Origin: Marsupella aquatica
Lineage: Eukaryota > Plantae > Marchantiophyta
Assembly: GCA_973895155.1 (NCBI GenBank)
Contig: OZ316893.1
Coordinates: 18,604,857-18,668,856 of the forward strand
Length of the DNA: 64,000 bases
Direction of reading: 5' to 3'
Part shown: positions 27,588-40,487 of the stretch, one piece after another
Numbering within the stretch: position 1 is the stretch's first letter
Layout: each line of letters opens with the position of its first letter
Made by a program: the position numbers and the translations under genes
The notes under the pieces: model-generated
Told to the model about the DNA's origin: nothing
The model's input: the letters and a program-made list of their open reading frames with translations, nothing else
The model's database searches: none

Positions 27588-27720
27588 TGCAGGCTGAGCT
27601 GGCATTTAGCTAGCAAGAGAAAGAAGAGTTGCAGGAGCAATTGAAGTTGTGCCAACCTGTAGCTGCAACTATGACGGAAACGAAAGAGCTGCAAACCAAG
27701 GTAATAGAAGGACAAGAGTC

Positions 27721-29718
27721 CTTCTATAGTCATCACACCTCTACAGGAGTGTATACCACTCTTTCTTTTGTAGAAGGTACACGTCAGGGTGACCCTTTGG
27801 GTGGGCCTCTTTTTGCCATTGCCCATTTTAGTGCTTTATGGGAAGCCTCCGCGGCCCACCCCCAGTGTATCTTCCCCTCCCTTTCAGATGACACCCACAT
27901 CATTGGTCCACCTGATGCGGTTACTTCTGCCCTTGCCACCCTTTCCACCCATTTGTTGGCCTCGGTTTACGGGTTCAGCCGGTGAAGAGTCATGCATGGA
28001 GTCCAGCTGGGTTACCCTCTGATCTTGCGCTTCCCCTTGGGTTCTTACGTCCAGTCGACGGTCTTCGGGTCCTTGGCTCCCCAGTCGGTACCGCCTCCTT
28101 TTGCTCATCTTTCATTGCTGACGCTCTACGGGCTGCCTTAGCCCCTACTCCTATGCTCCCTAAGTTAGGAGATTCTCAAGCAGCATTTGGGTTGTTATTG
28201 AGATGCATCCACCCTCGCGCATCCTATTTGGCTCGGACACATCCCCCTACCGAGGATCTGTATCTACACCTCCGTGCGTTTGATGTCTCCATTCATGAGA
28301 CTTTGGCCTCTCTTTTGGGGCCAGGTACTTTGCTCTCATCTCCGTGGCTTCATCGACAGCTCAGTCTTCCTATTTCTCACGGTGGTTTTGGGCTTACTTC
28401 CACTGAGCGCCTTGCACCTTAGGTGTTTTTGGGCGCGTGGGCGGCCGCCTTCTCATTGTTGGCAGATCATTTCCTTACTGAGGATCGACCTTTTTTACTT
28501 TCGTCTCTCATGGAGGTAGAGGAGGGTTCCCTCCCATTTCAGGTTCATTTGCGCGCGGCGCGGTCATCATTACCATATCCTGTTTGAGCTACGTTACCTT
28601 CATTTCAGGAGTTTTTATCCTTGGACCCCGTCCGTCTTGAGGCAGACCTTGCTGGGCGTATGCACACTTTCACCCTCTCCAGCATCCTCATCGAGGCACC
28701 TGACACGGACCGAGCTTTGATTCTTTCTTCCAGAGGGAAGGGCGTAGGAGGCTGGCTTCAGGCCAATCCAGTCATTCCTCACCTACGGATGTCTTCAGTG
28801 GAGTTTGCAACAGCCATGCGTCTTTGTATGGGCTTGCCCCACCCACTTCTTGCTGGTTTACCTCCTACTTGCACTTGTGGGAAGCCTTGTGATGCCACAG
28901 GTGTCCATCTTCTTTGGTGCAGTTTGGGCGGTGAAACCATTTTTGTTCACGACGCTGTGAGAGATGCCACTGCTCAGGTTCTTTCTGGCTCTTTGGTCTG
29001 CACACGGCGGGAGGTGGTGCTCGAGTTACCTGGTCCTCCATCACAACGGTTACAGGTAGATCTTACCATGGTCCGTGAGGGTCAACGTACTTTGGCAGAT
29101 GTAGTGGTGGCAAACCCATTGTGCCAAGACATCATTGGGACAATGGCAACAATGGCAGGGGTAGCAACATCACTAGCAGCAACAACAAAGGAGGCCAAAT
29201 ATGCTGCAAGAGCTTCATTTGATAGCTTCCTACCCCTTGCTCTTGAGATATTTGGGCGTCTCCATCATCAGTTTGACGGGCTTCTTCGCCAAGCTGCTCG
29301 GGATGTTCACGGCCGGATGGGTCCCATCGGACCCCCACTATCTGTTTTGACCATGCACTTTTGCCAACGCATTTCAGTCACCTTACAGCGTGCTCAAGCT
29401 CGGGCCATCTATCGTCGGTCTCTGACAGTGGGTGCTAGCGTGACTCCACAGCGGCTAGCCCCCCTAGAGGACATTCCAATCCCACTTGCCGATTTAGTTT
29501 CGACACTTGATGTCGACCATTAGCTTTTTGCCACATTTGCTAGGAATGATGAGGACCTCGGTCCATTTGCGGTAGTTTTAGTTCCTCTTTCTTGGTTTTT
29601 AGGGGTTTCCTTTTGCTCACTTCTTTTGCGTTTGGTTTTGTCCACTTGGGACCTCTCTTGTTTATTCTTTTGTACTCTATTTGGCCCTTTTCTGTAAAAA
29701 GTATGTGTTTTCCAATAA
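27721..29718 (+). mobile_element. CRE-like (RLE-type) non-LTR retrotransposon, 3' part
   Basis: RT motifs GTRQGDPLGGPLF, LSDDTHIIG and LRVLGSPVG, then LPISHGGFGL. C-terminal CTCG..HLLWC..HDAVRD zinc knuckle and RLE motifs VDL..DVVV..KEAKY..FLPLALEIFG. Stop at 29523, followed by a T-rich 3' UTR with AATAAA. Confidence 0.85.
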
Positions 29719-30620
29719 AATCCGTAAAGCATTTTTACACTAGCAGGAGCATTAACATAATCCCTCAACTTCCTCTTGACAGTGCTTTTGTGGACGAAGC
29801 AACCTGTTCTTCTACCTTTGCCTATCGCCCCTCCGTTTTGCGCACTTGATCAAAACTGAGATACATTCAGCGTTTGCCATGTCAGTCCTTTCAAGTTTCC
29901 AATTAATCTTCTAAGTTAATCAATTTGATCTAGCACCGTTCGAGTCCATTAGCATTTAAACTTTCTCTGATAGATTTCTTTGCACTCCACACTTCCCTCT
30001 CCGCAACACTCCATAGCTTGCTTTGTCAGATCCACTTCGATCTTTATTCTCCCTCATCATCTAAAAATTCCCAATCACAACACGTTCTTCTTTCTCTGAA
30101 CTTCTCTAATCCATTCCAACAACTTCCTTCCTAACGACTCTATTCACCACTGCCATTTCTCCGCCACCTAGAAAGCTTTCATTCCCTTTCATTCTTCATC
30201 AGCCAATCCCTTTAGCATGCCCAAAAAATTCAATCTTCCCTCATTTCAAAACAACAACGAACAAACTCCTCCCAAGCCTTGAGCTCCTCAACTTGCTTCC
30301 TCTTCCCACTCTAACCATTCGCACGTTTCAATTCAAAAACTGTCCGTATGAACCGAGTGCTCACAGGATGCCACGTGTTGTTCTCACATAATTTTGCCAT
30401 ATAACCCTTTTAAGCCATACCTTTTTCCTACCTCTTTTATTCCTCTTTTGTCTTATCACTCCTTTCTTCTTCAACTTTAACCCTTTTCAAAAACACAAAC
30501 CACCATCAAGTAACTACAACTCAGAATTATGGTATTCACTTCCTCTTCTCCATTATCCGTCCTAACAACAATGCCTTGCCCCCGATATACAATGCCTTGC
30601 CTACGCCGCTCCATCTCCTC

Positions 30621-31104
30621 TGTTGAGCATAGACGACACTCGCAACGGCAAGCCCATGAACCATCCAACGCACAATAGTTGACACAGAGAGATACGTGGT
30701 TCACCTCCACATGAGGCTACGTCCACGGGAACACACAAGAGCTTTACTGCACTCTAGGCCAACTGGCCATACCAAGCATCCACAGTAGAAGCTCTCCCTA
30801 TCTCTCAACTAGCTCCGTAACAATGAGCCTAACTTCCACCAAGGCTACGTCCATGGGAACACACAAGAGCTTTACTGCACTCTAGGCCGATTGGCCATAC
30901 CAAGCATCCACAGCACAAGCTCTCCCTATCTCTGAACTAGCTCCGTAACAATGAGCCTAAGTTCCACCACGGTCTGGCATCAGCCCTGGCTATATGCACA
31001 ATAGCACTACCGCTAACATTAGCTAAGTCCTAACCCAAGTTAGGCTCTCGGTTAGGCTAACTGTGGTTAGCTCATGAGTCACAAGACTAGAGCAATATCT
31101 AACA
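30621..31104 (-). mobile_element. Solo LTR (same Copia family as 5838-6207) with an internal ~128-bp tandem duplication
   Basis: TGTTG...AACA termini and TSD TCCTC (30616-30620 and 31105-31109). aggctacgtcca..ggaacacacaagagc...ttccacca is repeated at ~30714 and ~30842. Confidence 0.9.
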
Positions 31105-31619
31105 TCCTCGTGGAACTTCTTAGCAAAGAAGGAAACCCACTTCCTTGGCTGGTGTCGTCGGGTTTCCAAAAAACTTGATGAAGAGTTGAATTTTTGTGTG
31201 GTGATGTTGGTGTTGATTGGGAGCTTAACCTGATTCCTAAAGTGGTTTAAGTTGATGAAGAAATAGCAATAAGACAAAACACAAATGAATGAATTTTGAG
31301 TACTTTCCTTGAAAGGGTGTTTTTGTAAAATAATGTAAGCCATGAAAACCTCACGACAGGGGAAGCAAGCAGAAAATGTCCGTGGAAAGGCCCAAAACAA
31401 AGGAAGCAGCGGGACAGGGCACAGTCTTCCTCATCATCACAATTTTCAAAATCCTCATCTATCCTAGCAGCCAGTAATAGCAAGGGCTGCTTGCCCCAAG
31501 ACTCAGTTATGAACTGATACATAGCCACCCCACTACCAACACAAAGAACCTTTGTTCAAGTAGAATCCCCTGATTGTTATTCTAAACCAGGTCCCTAGAT
31601 CTCTGAAAGTGAACAATCC

Positions 31620-32607
31620 TAAAGTCACATCTGTAATTTAATCTCAACTGTTTGGCATTCATCGAGTTCCTTGCTCTTTGTAGTCTTCTAACTTCCTACC
31701 TTGAGGGAACGCCTGCTAACAGCAAACAAGTTTGACATAGTCTCTGAGAGCACCATTTTAAAATCAAAGGCACGCTTGTTCATTTTGTTAAAAACTTGTT
31801 CGTTCCATGATAACCATAAAGCCCACAGAAACTGATATGTGAGGAACAGTCTAGCAGTGTAGGTATGTTCCCGTCCAATAGAGGCCTCCAGTAGTTCTAG
31901 AAGACCGCGTCAAAAACTTAACAAGAAACCCTGACCAACTTCAAGGCCAAAACACCAGCATGTGGATGCAATTGGACACTGAAAAAACAGATGGGGGATT
32001 GTCTCCAGATGTTCCAAGCAAAAAGAGCAGATCCCCGGGTCAGCACTGATGGTAAGAGCCCTAGAGCCCGTGAAAAGACCTCCCACAATTATACTCCAGA
32101 TGAAAGTTTTGGCCCTTGTAGAAGGATCGGATCGCCATAGATTTTGCCCAGCATTTCAACCATAGTGTCTCCGTGTATTCAGATCTCCAGATCCTATTCC
32201 ATCTATGATAGTCAAACCCTTTTGGCCTCAGCATCTGGTAAATGCAATGATTGGGTATTTTAAAATACATTGAAGGCTGCTGATCATCAGCCCATTGGCA
32301 GTTAGTTTGTTCTTGTATCTTTAGGAGAAAAAGCCTGCTATGGTCCATGTAAGCCAAGTCAAACCCACGTAATCTGGTCCACCGTTCTGTTAAAGATCTC
32401 CAGGAGTGGGTTGCCTCATCCAACAGGTCCATAATAGCCTTAATTCCTAGCTTCCCAAGTATCTCAATAGTAATTCCCACATGGTCCTATGGCCAAAACT
32501 GGAAAACCACAGTACAACTTAGAGCATCCCCAATACTCCATCTACCGGGACTCCCAGCAGCACTGGGAACAAAACATAGATGCACCCTCAGAGAGACCCA
32601 GGCCTTT
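31620..32607 (-). mobile_element. L1 ORF2 3' fragment (zf-RVT region)
   Basis: The minus strand reads KAWVSLRVHL...KAKTFIWSIIVGGLFTG..CSFCLEHLETIPHLFFQC..LWALWLSWNEQVFN, homologous to 62400-63300. Confidence 0.85.
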
Positions 32608-32677
32608 GTTGGGTCAAGGGATGTTGGGTTTGCATCTCCTTCAGTTCATTTTGCCCCTCTTGTACCAATTGATGTAG

Positions 32678-32958
32678 CCGGGGCCTCGAGGCCATAAAAA
32701 CAACGGAAAAAGGGGATAAGGGACTAGATGTCTGGATCCGCCGCCCTCAAAGCACATAAAATTGCTGCTCGAGAAACCGTATTGAAAGCATTAGAGACAT
32801 CAACCTGGAGGACAACCCAATCAGGGTGGAGGTCCAAGGTAGTACGAATACCCGCAATAACTGTTTCACAACCGCCAGGAACGCCCACTACAAACTGATG
32901 TGGAGAGAGATGATCCGATAGTGCAGAGCGATATTGCGATGAAAGTGTGCGAGACACT
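32678..32958 (-). mobile_element. CRE-like element RT 5' fragment (partner of 27721-29718)
   Basis: VSRTL..HLSPHQFVVGVPGGCE..VVLQVDVSNAFNTVSR..IPFFRCFYGLEAP. This is the RT segment expected immediately before FYSHH at 27722. Confidence 0.85.
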
Positions 32959-34022
32959 GATAAGAAGAAAGTGAAACGAAGGCTAAGAAACAAAAGGCAT
33001 TGATATTGAAAAGGGAATTCGGACAGAATGGATAGAAAACGCTGGAGGTTCTTGAGAGTTGAAAAAGCTTAATGAGTATATTAGTGGAAGGATCGCGAGT
33101 TTGTTGAGGGGTCGATGGAAGAGATCTGAAAGAATGAAGAATGCAAAGGATGGGGAGGAATTCATATGCTGCGGTGAAGAATGAATGCATGGAAGGAGTT
33201 CAAGAGAAAAAAGAGCAAAAGGTGATGGAATTCAGGACTTTTTTTCTTTTTACTGAATTTAGATAGTACTTCCAAACAAAATAGGTGGAGTTCCTAGCAT
33301 TCACGTTCCTAGTTCCCTAGCTTCCTAGCATTCACGTTCCTCCTCTGCAATTCAGTAAAAATAGTAAAAAGAAAAAAAGAAAAATAGTTGAAGAAGAGTC
33401 GGTGGTTTGAAACTCCATTTTCCTGGATAGAGGACATAAGTTCAATAACAAAGAAAGGCCGAAAGAGCTTAAGAGGTGATTTAAGAAGATTTTAACTTGA
33501 ATTTGAGAAAGATTTTGGAGTTAAACATGGCTGGAAGAAGGTTCTTCGTCCTTTGGGACTGGGAGGACAAGGAGAAGGGGCAAGAGAGAAGGAAATATGG
33601 GGTGCATCCAAGGAGGAGGAAAAGTATGCCAAGAAACAAGAGGCAAGACAACTATTGAAATTATGTAGTGAATGCCTTGGAAAAACAATTGATGACTAGG
33701 TAGGGAAACTTGGATAAATCTGAATGGACTCCTTGGGACCTGAACTGAGCCAAGTCCAAGACCCCCAGCTGAGGAAAAACCGGCAAAAGAGTTGATTAGT
33801 AGACTTCAAGATGTTGTAAACCCTAAAACTCAAAAAGTTTTATCACAAATAAAATGTGTTTTTTGTTATAAGGGACAAAACCCTAACCCTACTTACCCTA
33901 GAACATAGGAGGTTACATAACCGCCATACCATGTACTACATAGGGAGAGATTTCCACTCCCACAATGTAATGAAGGAAGTGAGCTTGCTGGTGTATTGAA
34001 TGTCCATGATTAATCCATATTA

Positions 34023-34037
34023 CGTTATCAGCACGAC
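34023..34037 (+). promoter_or_regulatory. Primer-binding site complementary to the tRNA-Ile anticodon arm (half-tRNA priming)
   Basis: cgttatcagcacgac is the reverse complement of GTCGTGCTGATAACG and lies 5 nt after the 5' LTR. Confidence 0.75.
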
Positions 34038-34371
34038 TCTATCCTTGGAGCACAATTCTTAATTTTTCCTTAAGCAATCGATTTAGTGAACCGATGTGCA
34101 CATTTCGAATTATTGATTGAACCAAGGATCAATTTTTTTTTCTCAAACGACACCTTGAAGGATCAGGAGCGCTGACATCTGAACACCGAATACCCACATT
34201 GAAATTTGCTCTTTGATCAATACGAGGAAGTTTCTTCTTCACCGTTTTCTTTCCATTTGAATTTCTTAGACCTCAATGCCACAACTGATTTAAAGAATTC
34301 AGGCAGAGCATAACTCACAAATTGCTTGATATAACTCGATTTGAGATCCTATCATCATAACTTCCATCACC

Positions 34372-37300
34372 ATGAATTCGATAGAGAAGCTTCAATTTAA
34401 GGCTCTAACTATTGATGGTGCCAATTATTTATCCTGGTCACTTGATGTCGAAGCATATCTTTACTCAAAAGACCTACAGGACACTATTTTAACCGATGCA
34501 GGCCTAACATTACAGCAAAAGGCGAGAGCATTAATCTTCATACGCCACCACCTTGCAGAGCCACTCAAGATTCAATATCTCAATCAATACAACCCCCGAA
34601 TTCTTTGGGAAGATCTCAAATCACGGTTCGATCACATGAGCCTAGTCTCTCTGCCGGCCGCACGCCACGACTGGATAAATTTGCGTGTACAGGACCACAC
34701 TTCTATATCAAACTACAACGGAGAACTTTTTCGCATCACCTCTCAACTCGCAATCTGTGGCCACCCAGTTAATGACGCCGAGCAGATTGAAAGAACCCTA
34801 TCAACGTTCAGTGCCGGAAATCTCATCCTTGCATCCCAATACCAAAACATGGGTTTTACAAAATATTCCGAGCTAATTGCTCATATGCTTCTTGCTGAGA
34901 AGCACCAAATACTCCTACTGGAAAATGCAAAATCTCGCCCACCAGGTATAGCCGCTCCACCACCCAAACCTGAAATCAATTTCAACAGACAAAATGATAA
35001 GATCCGAGGCAGAGGACGTGGCACATTCAGGGGGAGAGGACAACGACCATTTATCAGAGGCAGAAACCAACAAAGGGGCAGAGGCTATGGACAATTCCAT
35101 AATTTGGAATATCAATCTTCTGGACATTTTTATCGAGGAAGAGGACAACGTGGACGAGGTAATGGATACAGAGGCAGAGGCCATAGCGGAGGCCGTGGCC
35201 GAGGACCTAATAGTTGGACCAGAGAGAACGAAAATCTGACTGAATGTTTCAGGTGTGGCACAAAGGGTCACCTACAGAAAAATTGCCGATCTCCTGCCCA
35301 CCTGGTCCAACTTTATAAACAAAGCATGGAATTACCTAGTAATGAAGCCCATGGAAACTATATGGAAACTATAGATGATATTGAGGGATATGCACCAGAA
35401 GTACATACTGCCCAATTAGGAGCTAATCCCTCTATGCTCGACGATCATCACAACTGTATTGTCGATAGCGGCACATCTCATTCCATCCTACGCCATAAAG
35501 ATTATTTCCTACGTATCACTCCATCCCACAGATCCATGACAACCATAACTGGACCTAATCATATAGAGGAAGGTTATGGTCCAACACAAGTCAGATTCCC
35601 CAAGGGTACAATTCTCCACATAGACTCCGCCATTTATGCTCCGCGGGCTACTCGAAACCTGATAAGTTTCAGTGATATACGCGCCAATAAATTCCACATT
35701 CGTACAGAGACATGTGGCAACCGTGAGGTCCTACATATCCTGGAAAATACCACATCAGGGAGATTAGTGCGAGAGATACTCCCCATATATCCCCCAGGAC
35801 TCTACATCACCCGAATCTATTCATATCATGCTACAAGTACTTCATTGACTTTAACACAAATATGGCATAATCGCCTTGGACATCCTGGTACAAGTATGTA
35901 CCACAATATACTTAAGGCTACCGTGGGCATACCTAAAGGCGTTCACCCATCTGCTACCAGCAAACCCTGCCTCGCATGCTCACAAGGAAAAATGGTTACC
36001 CGTCCCTCACCATCCAAGACAATACATCAGATACCACAATTTTTGGAGAGAATACACGCTGATGTCTGTGGCCCCATTGACCCTCCTTCTGGCCCATTCC
36101 GATATTTCCTAGTTATCATTGATGCCTCTACTAAGTGGTCACAGGTCTCCCTGATCTCTACCCGTAACCTGGTCTTCCCACGAATATTATCGCACATATT
36201 GAAATTAAAATACCAATTCCCAAAGAATCCCATCAAAACCATTAGAGTTGATAACGCGGGGGAATTTACCTCCAAAACTTTCGATACCTTCTGTGAAACT
36301 ACAGGTATCAATACAGAATATCCGGTTCCACATGTTCACTTTCAGAATGGTCTTGCAGAATCCATAATCAAACGAATACAGATGGTGGCCAGACCTCTCC
36401 TGATGCAGTCAAATTTACCAGCATCAGCTTGGGGCCATGCGGTCCTGCATGCAGCTGCCCTGATTCGACTGAGACCGTCCTCATTTAATACACAGACCCC
36501 ACATTTTCTAGCATATGGATTACCACCAGACATCACACATCTATGAATTTTTGGCTGCCTGGTACTTGTCCCAATTTTAGGTCCCAAGAGAACTAAAATG
36601 GGACCTCAGAGACAGCGCGGTATCTATGTGGGCTTTGACTCACGCTCTATTATAAGATATTTGGAACCTTCCACAGCAGATGTTTTTAAAGCACGGTTCC
36701 AAGACTGCCATTTCTTTGAAGACGATTTTCCAACCCTTACAGAAGATCCCAAGAGAAATGGCGATGTACCAGTGAAAGACTTACAATGGTTGTCTCCTCG
36801 CCTGCTTACAGAGGACCACCGAACTAAAGAAACAGATCTGGAAGTACAACATGTTCTCCACTTACAACAGATGCTTATGAAACTTCCTGATGCATTCAAC
36901 GATGCAGCCACTGTCACTCGCTCACACATCGAAGCAGCCAACATACCAGCTCGAATTTCTCGGCAGCCTACACCAGCCACTCACGCTGCACCCAAGGCCA
37001 AAAGAGGACGCCCACTGGGATCCAAGGACTCTCATCCAAGACAGTCCCGCACGAGTGTAGCTAGCTCGTCCATGTCCCACCATTACACCAACCATAGAAC
37101 CATCTTCACAAGGACCAGCCGATAATGAGGAGATCACAATTAATTACGTACATACCGGGAAGATAATGCAGTGTGATACAATCCGAATTGATGATATCTT
37201 TGCATTCCAGATTTCCGAGGACATTATCAATACAACTCCTGATCCCCTAACCATTGCTGAGGCCCGAACTCGCCCGGATTGGCCACAATGGGAGCTAGCT

Positions 37301-39055
37301 ATCAATTCAGAACTGGACTCCCTAATCAGACGAAAAGTTTTTGGGCCCATCATTCCTGCACCTGCCGGACTTCATCTTACAGGATACAGATTTATTTTTG
37401 TTAGAAAACGAAATGCGAAAGGAGAAGTTATCAGACATAAAGCACGCCTAGTCACGAAGGGCTATACCCAGATCCCCGGTTGGGACTTTGATCAAACATA
37501 CTCTCCTGTCATGGATTCCATCACATATAGATATCTTATTGCATATGCTCTTATCCACAAACTAGTAATGCATATTTTAGATGTGATTACTGCCTATCTA
37601 TATGGTATCCTTGATACCAAAATTTATATGAAGGCACCCCCCGAACTCATCAAGCGATTGACGTTTCACATTGAGGGGGAGAAAACCGGTAAACTAAGCC
37701 CAGGTCTACAACCTGGAGTACAGCAAACTTGTCCTACAGGCAATTTGACTTCAGTGACGGTTGAGACTGGACCTTTAGTCCCAACCACACAAGATGTGCT
37801 ACACACATCCGCTCAGAGGAAACGAATGTCTTCCTCACAGGTTACCCCTGTTACACAAACAAAGAAAGTTAAAAGAGAACTTGCAGTTCAAGTACTTCGC
37901 TCTCTATATGGTTTAAAACAGAGTGGGCGGACCTGGTATAAACGCTTCAAAGCTGAAATGATTGCACTGAATTTTATTACTGACGATATTGCCCCTTGCC
38001 TATTTCTCAAACAGGACGGAAATGAATTCGTCATTATAGCAATTTATGTTGACGACATCAATATTTTTGGCACAGCAAAAATTACAGCTGACACAATAGA
38101 CATCCTGAAGAAGATATTCGAGATGCGGGACATAGGTAAACCCACCTATTGCTTGGGCTTACAGTTTAATCACTTGCATCATGGCATACTCATTACTCAA
38201 TCTACCTATACTGAGAAAGTATTAAAACAGTTTAACATGGAGACTGCTTACCCTGTTAGCACTCCTATGGATTTGAGATCCTCAGATCCTGCAAAGGATA
38301 CATTCAGGAAATGGACTGCACCAGAAGCCATTCTTGGCCCAGAAAAGCCTTACCTCTCAGCAATCGGGGCTCTCATGTACCTGGCTACACAGTCCCGTCC
38401 TGATATCTCTTTTGCAGTCAATCTTCTTGCACGCCATAGTGCCAAACCCACTATTCGTCACTGGAATGGCGTAAAGCGAGTATTCCGTTACCTGCGAGGA
38501 ACCACAGACCTGGGACTATTCTTTCCCAAGCAGTCAGAAAATCTATTGGTGGGATATGCAGACGCAGGATACCTTTCAGACCCTGACGATGCAAAATCCC
38601 AGACGGGATATGTTTTTCTTCAAGGAGGTACTGCTATCTCCTGGAGAAGCTACAAACAAACATTGACAGCTACTTCGTCCAACCACGCGAAAATCATTGC
38701 CCTCTACGAAGCCACTAGGGAATGCATTTGGTTAAGAAACTTGATGGATCATATTCATACACACACAGGGAACTCTCGTTTGGATAAACCTACGATTATC
38801 TATGAAGATAATCGACCCTGTGTCGATCAGATAGTGCAGGGTTTTATCAAAGGCGATCGTATTAAACATATAGCACCTAAATTCTTTTATACACGTGAGC
38901 AGCACGGCGGACAGGTCAATGTACAGTGGATTCCTAGCAAGGAAAATCGAGCAGATTTATTTACGAAACCACTACCATCATCTCTCCACAGAGAACATAC
39001 ATATGGTATAGGCATGAGAAGCATGACCTCACTGCTGCAGGGCATCGATAGATAA
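34372..39055 (+). pseudogene. Copia gag-pol polyprotein with one premature stop and one frameshift
   Basis: Motifs GANYLSW, CFRCGTKGHLQKNC, CIVDSGT, WHNRLGHPG, IHADVCGP/RVDNAGEF/NGLAE, YVDDIN, YADAGY..IYEDN..ADLFTK. TGA at 36544-36546 (HL*IFGC, expected CGA Arg). Frame change near 37075-37100, before NEEITINY. Confidence 0.93.
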
Positions 39056-40487
39056 ATCGGAACTGCCATTATTGATGCAGCGCATTCATGAATATCTCAA
39101 CATTTCTTACACACAGGCTACAGTTTTGAATATCTATAGATAACCAGCGATATACTCTACTACCATTCTGTCACTCAACATTTGACTTATGCTCATCCGC
39201 AAGCTGAATAACAGAGCCGAGCTCAAGATATATCTACAAATCAAGAATCGAGAGAGATAGACGTCAACTAGCAACCAACTCATTTTTGCACTTAATCACA
39301 CATAAGCGCAACATCTTCTTACCGTCCGAGCTTTATTGATTATGACCGAGTTATTGCACCGAACAAACCAAGCGCAGGACAACGCCAAACTCCAGGACCC
39401 TGGGCGCACAACCGCGAACAACGGAAGTAGCAGTAGTCGACCCCAACAACGACTCAATCGCCACTTCTCGACTCAACTTCTCGACTCAATAGCCATCCAC
39501 ATTCTACCTCAGCACTGCCGCGCAGCAACATCTGATCACAGAGCAATCTTCGATTTCCCGTTCCCATCGATTACCTCGAAGTTCAAGCTTCAGCTCACGA
39601 AGGAGACTATCGAATGCATACCTAGTCTGTAAACTTCTTTTTACACTTAGCCTTACACTCAATAGTCAATAGAACTTAGATTTACTTTTACAGATACAAA
39701 CTACTTATCGTTATAATTCTTTGATATATTTCATTTTTGGCCTTAGACCATGTAATAGTAGTGGCACTCTTCCCATGATTGAAGCATGGTTTTAATGAGA
39801 CCATACTACACTTTGGCCAAATAATAGACATATCATTACAAGGGTTAGTTTTTCCCCATACTTTTATGGTTGTTTGAAATATTTTTCATTCAACCAAGGG
39901 GGAGTGTTATAAGGGACAAAACCCTAACCCTACTTACCCTAGAACATAGGAGGTTACATAACCGCCATACCATGTACTACATAGGGAGAGATTTCCACTC
40001 CCACAATGTAATGAAGGAAGTGAGCTTGCTGGTGTATTGAATGTCCATGATTAATCCATTTTTTTTTTTTTAATGTTTTGAATGTAACAAACATGTTTTG
40101 TGGATAGAATGCATAGTCTTTTGAAAACAAGAAAACTTGTGAATGGTGTGAAATCCTTAAGGATGAGATCAAATAAGCATAAATGTTGTTTAAAAATAAA
40201 AGATAAAGAGAAAAGTTGATAATTTAAATGAGTAGTTGTCATTTTGGAGAAAACTAAAATTTTCTAGTTAAATCATCTGTTATTAGAAAGACACCTTAAC
40301 AAGACTCATTAAGAAGTAAAATAAATGGAAAGGACAATAATGCTAGTTTGAAAACGTTGAACATGAAAGAGAAATTAATGTTAAGTAGAGCCTTTTAATG
40401 AAATTTGAGACAACATTAAGGGAATTGATCATATGAGTTGATGATAAATGTAAACTGAGTTCCTAAGAGTTAAAAAGGCCATCTTTT

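Larger units (their letters stand above)
33864..40058 (+). mobile_element. Full-length young Ty1/Copia LTR retrotransposon, Bianca-like
   Basis: Two identical 154-bp TG..CA LTRs (33864-34017 and 39905-40058), TTTTT TSD in a poly-T tract, PBS at 34023-34037, PPT at 39896-39904, and gag-PR-INT-RT-RH domain order. Confidence 0.96.

Noticed and set aside
33878-33900. aaaccctaaccctacttacccta as telomeric repeat
   Set aside because: Only about three degenerate units inside the Copia LTR (telo-box-like), not a telomeric array.
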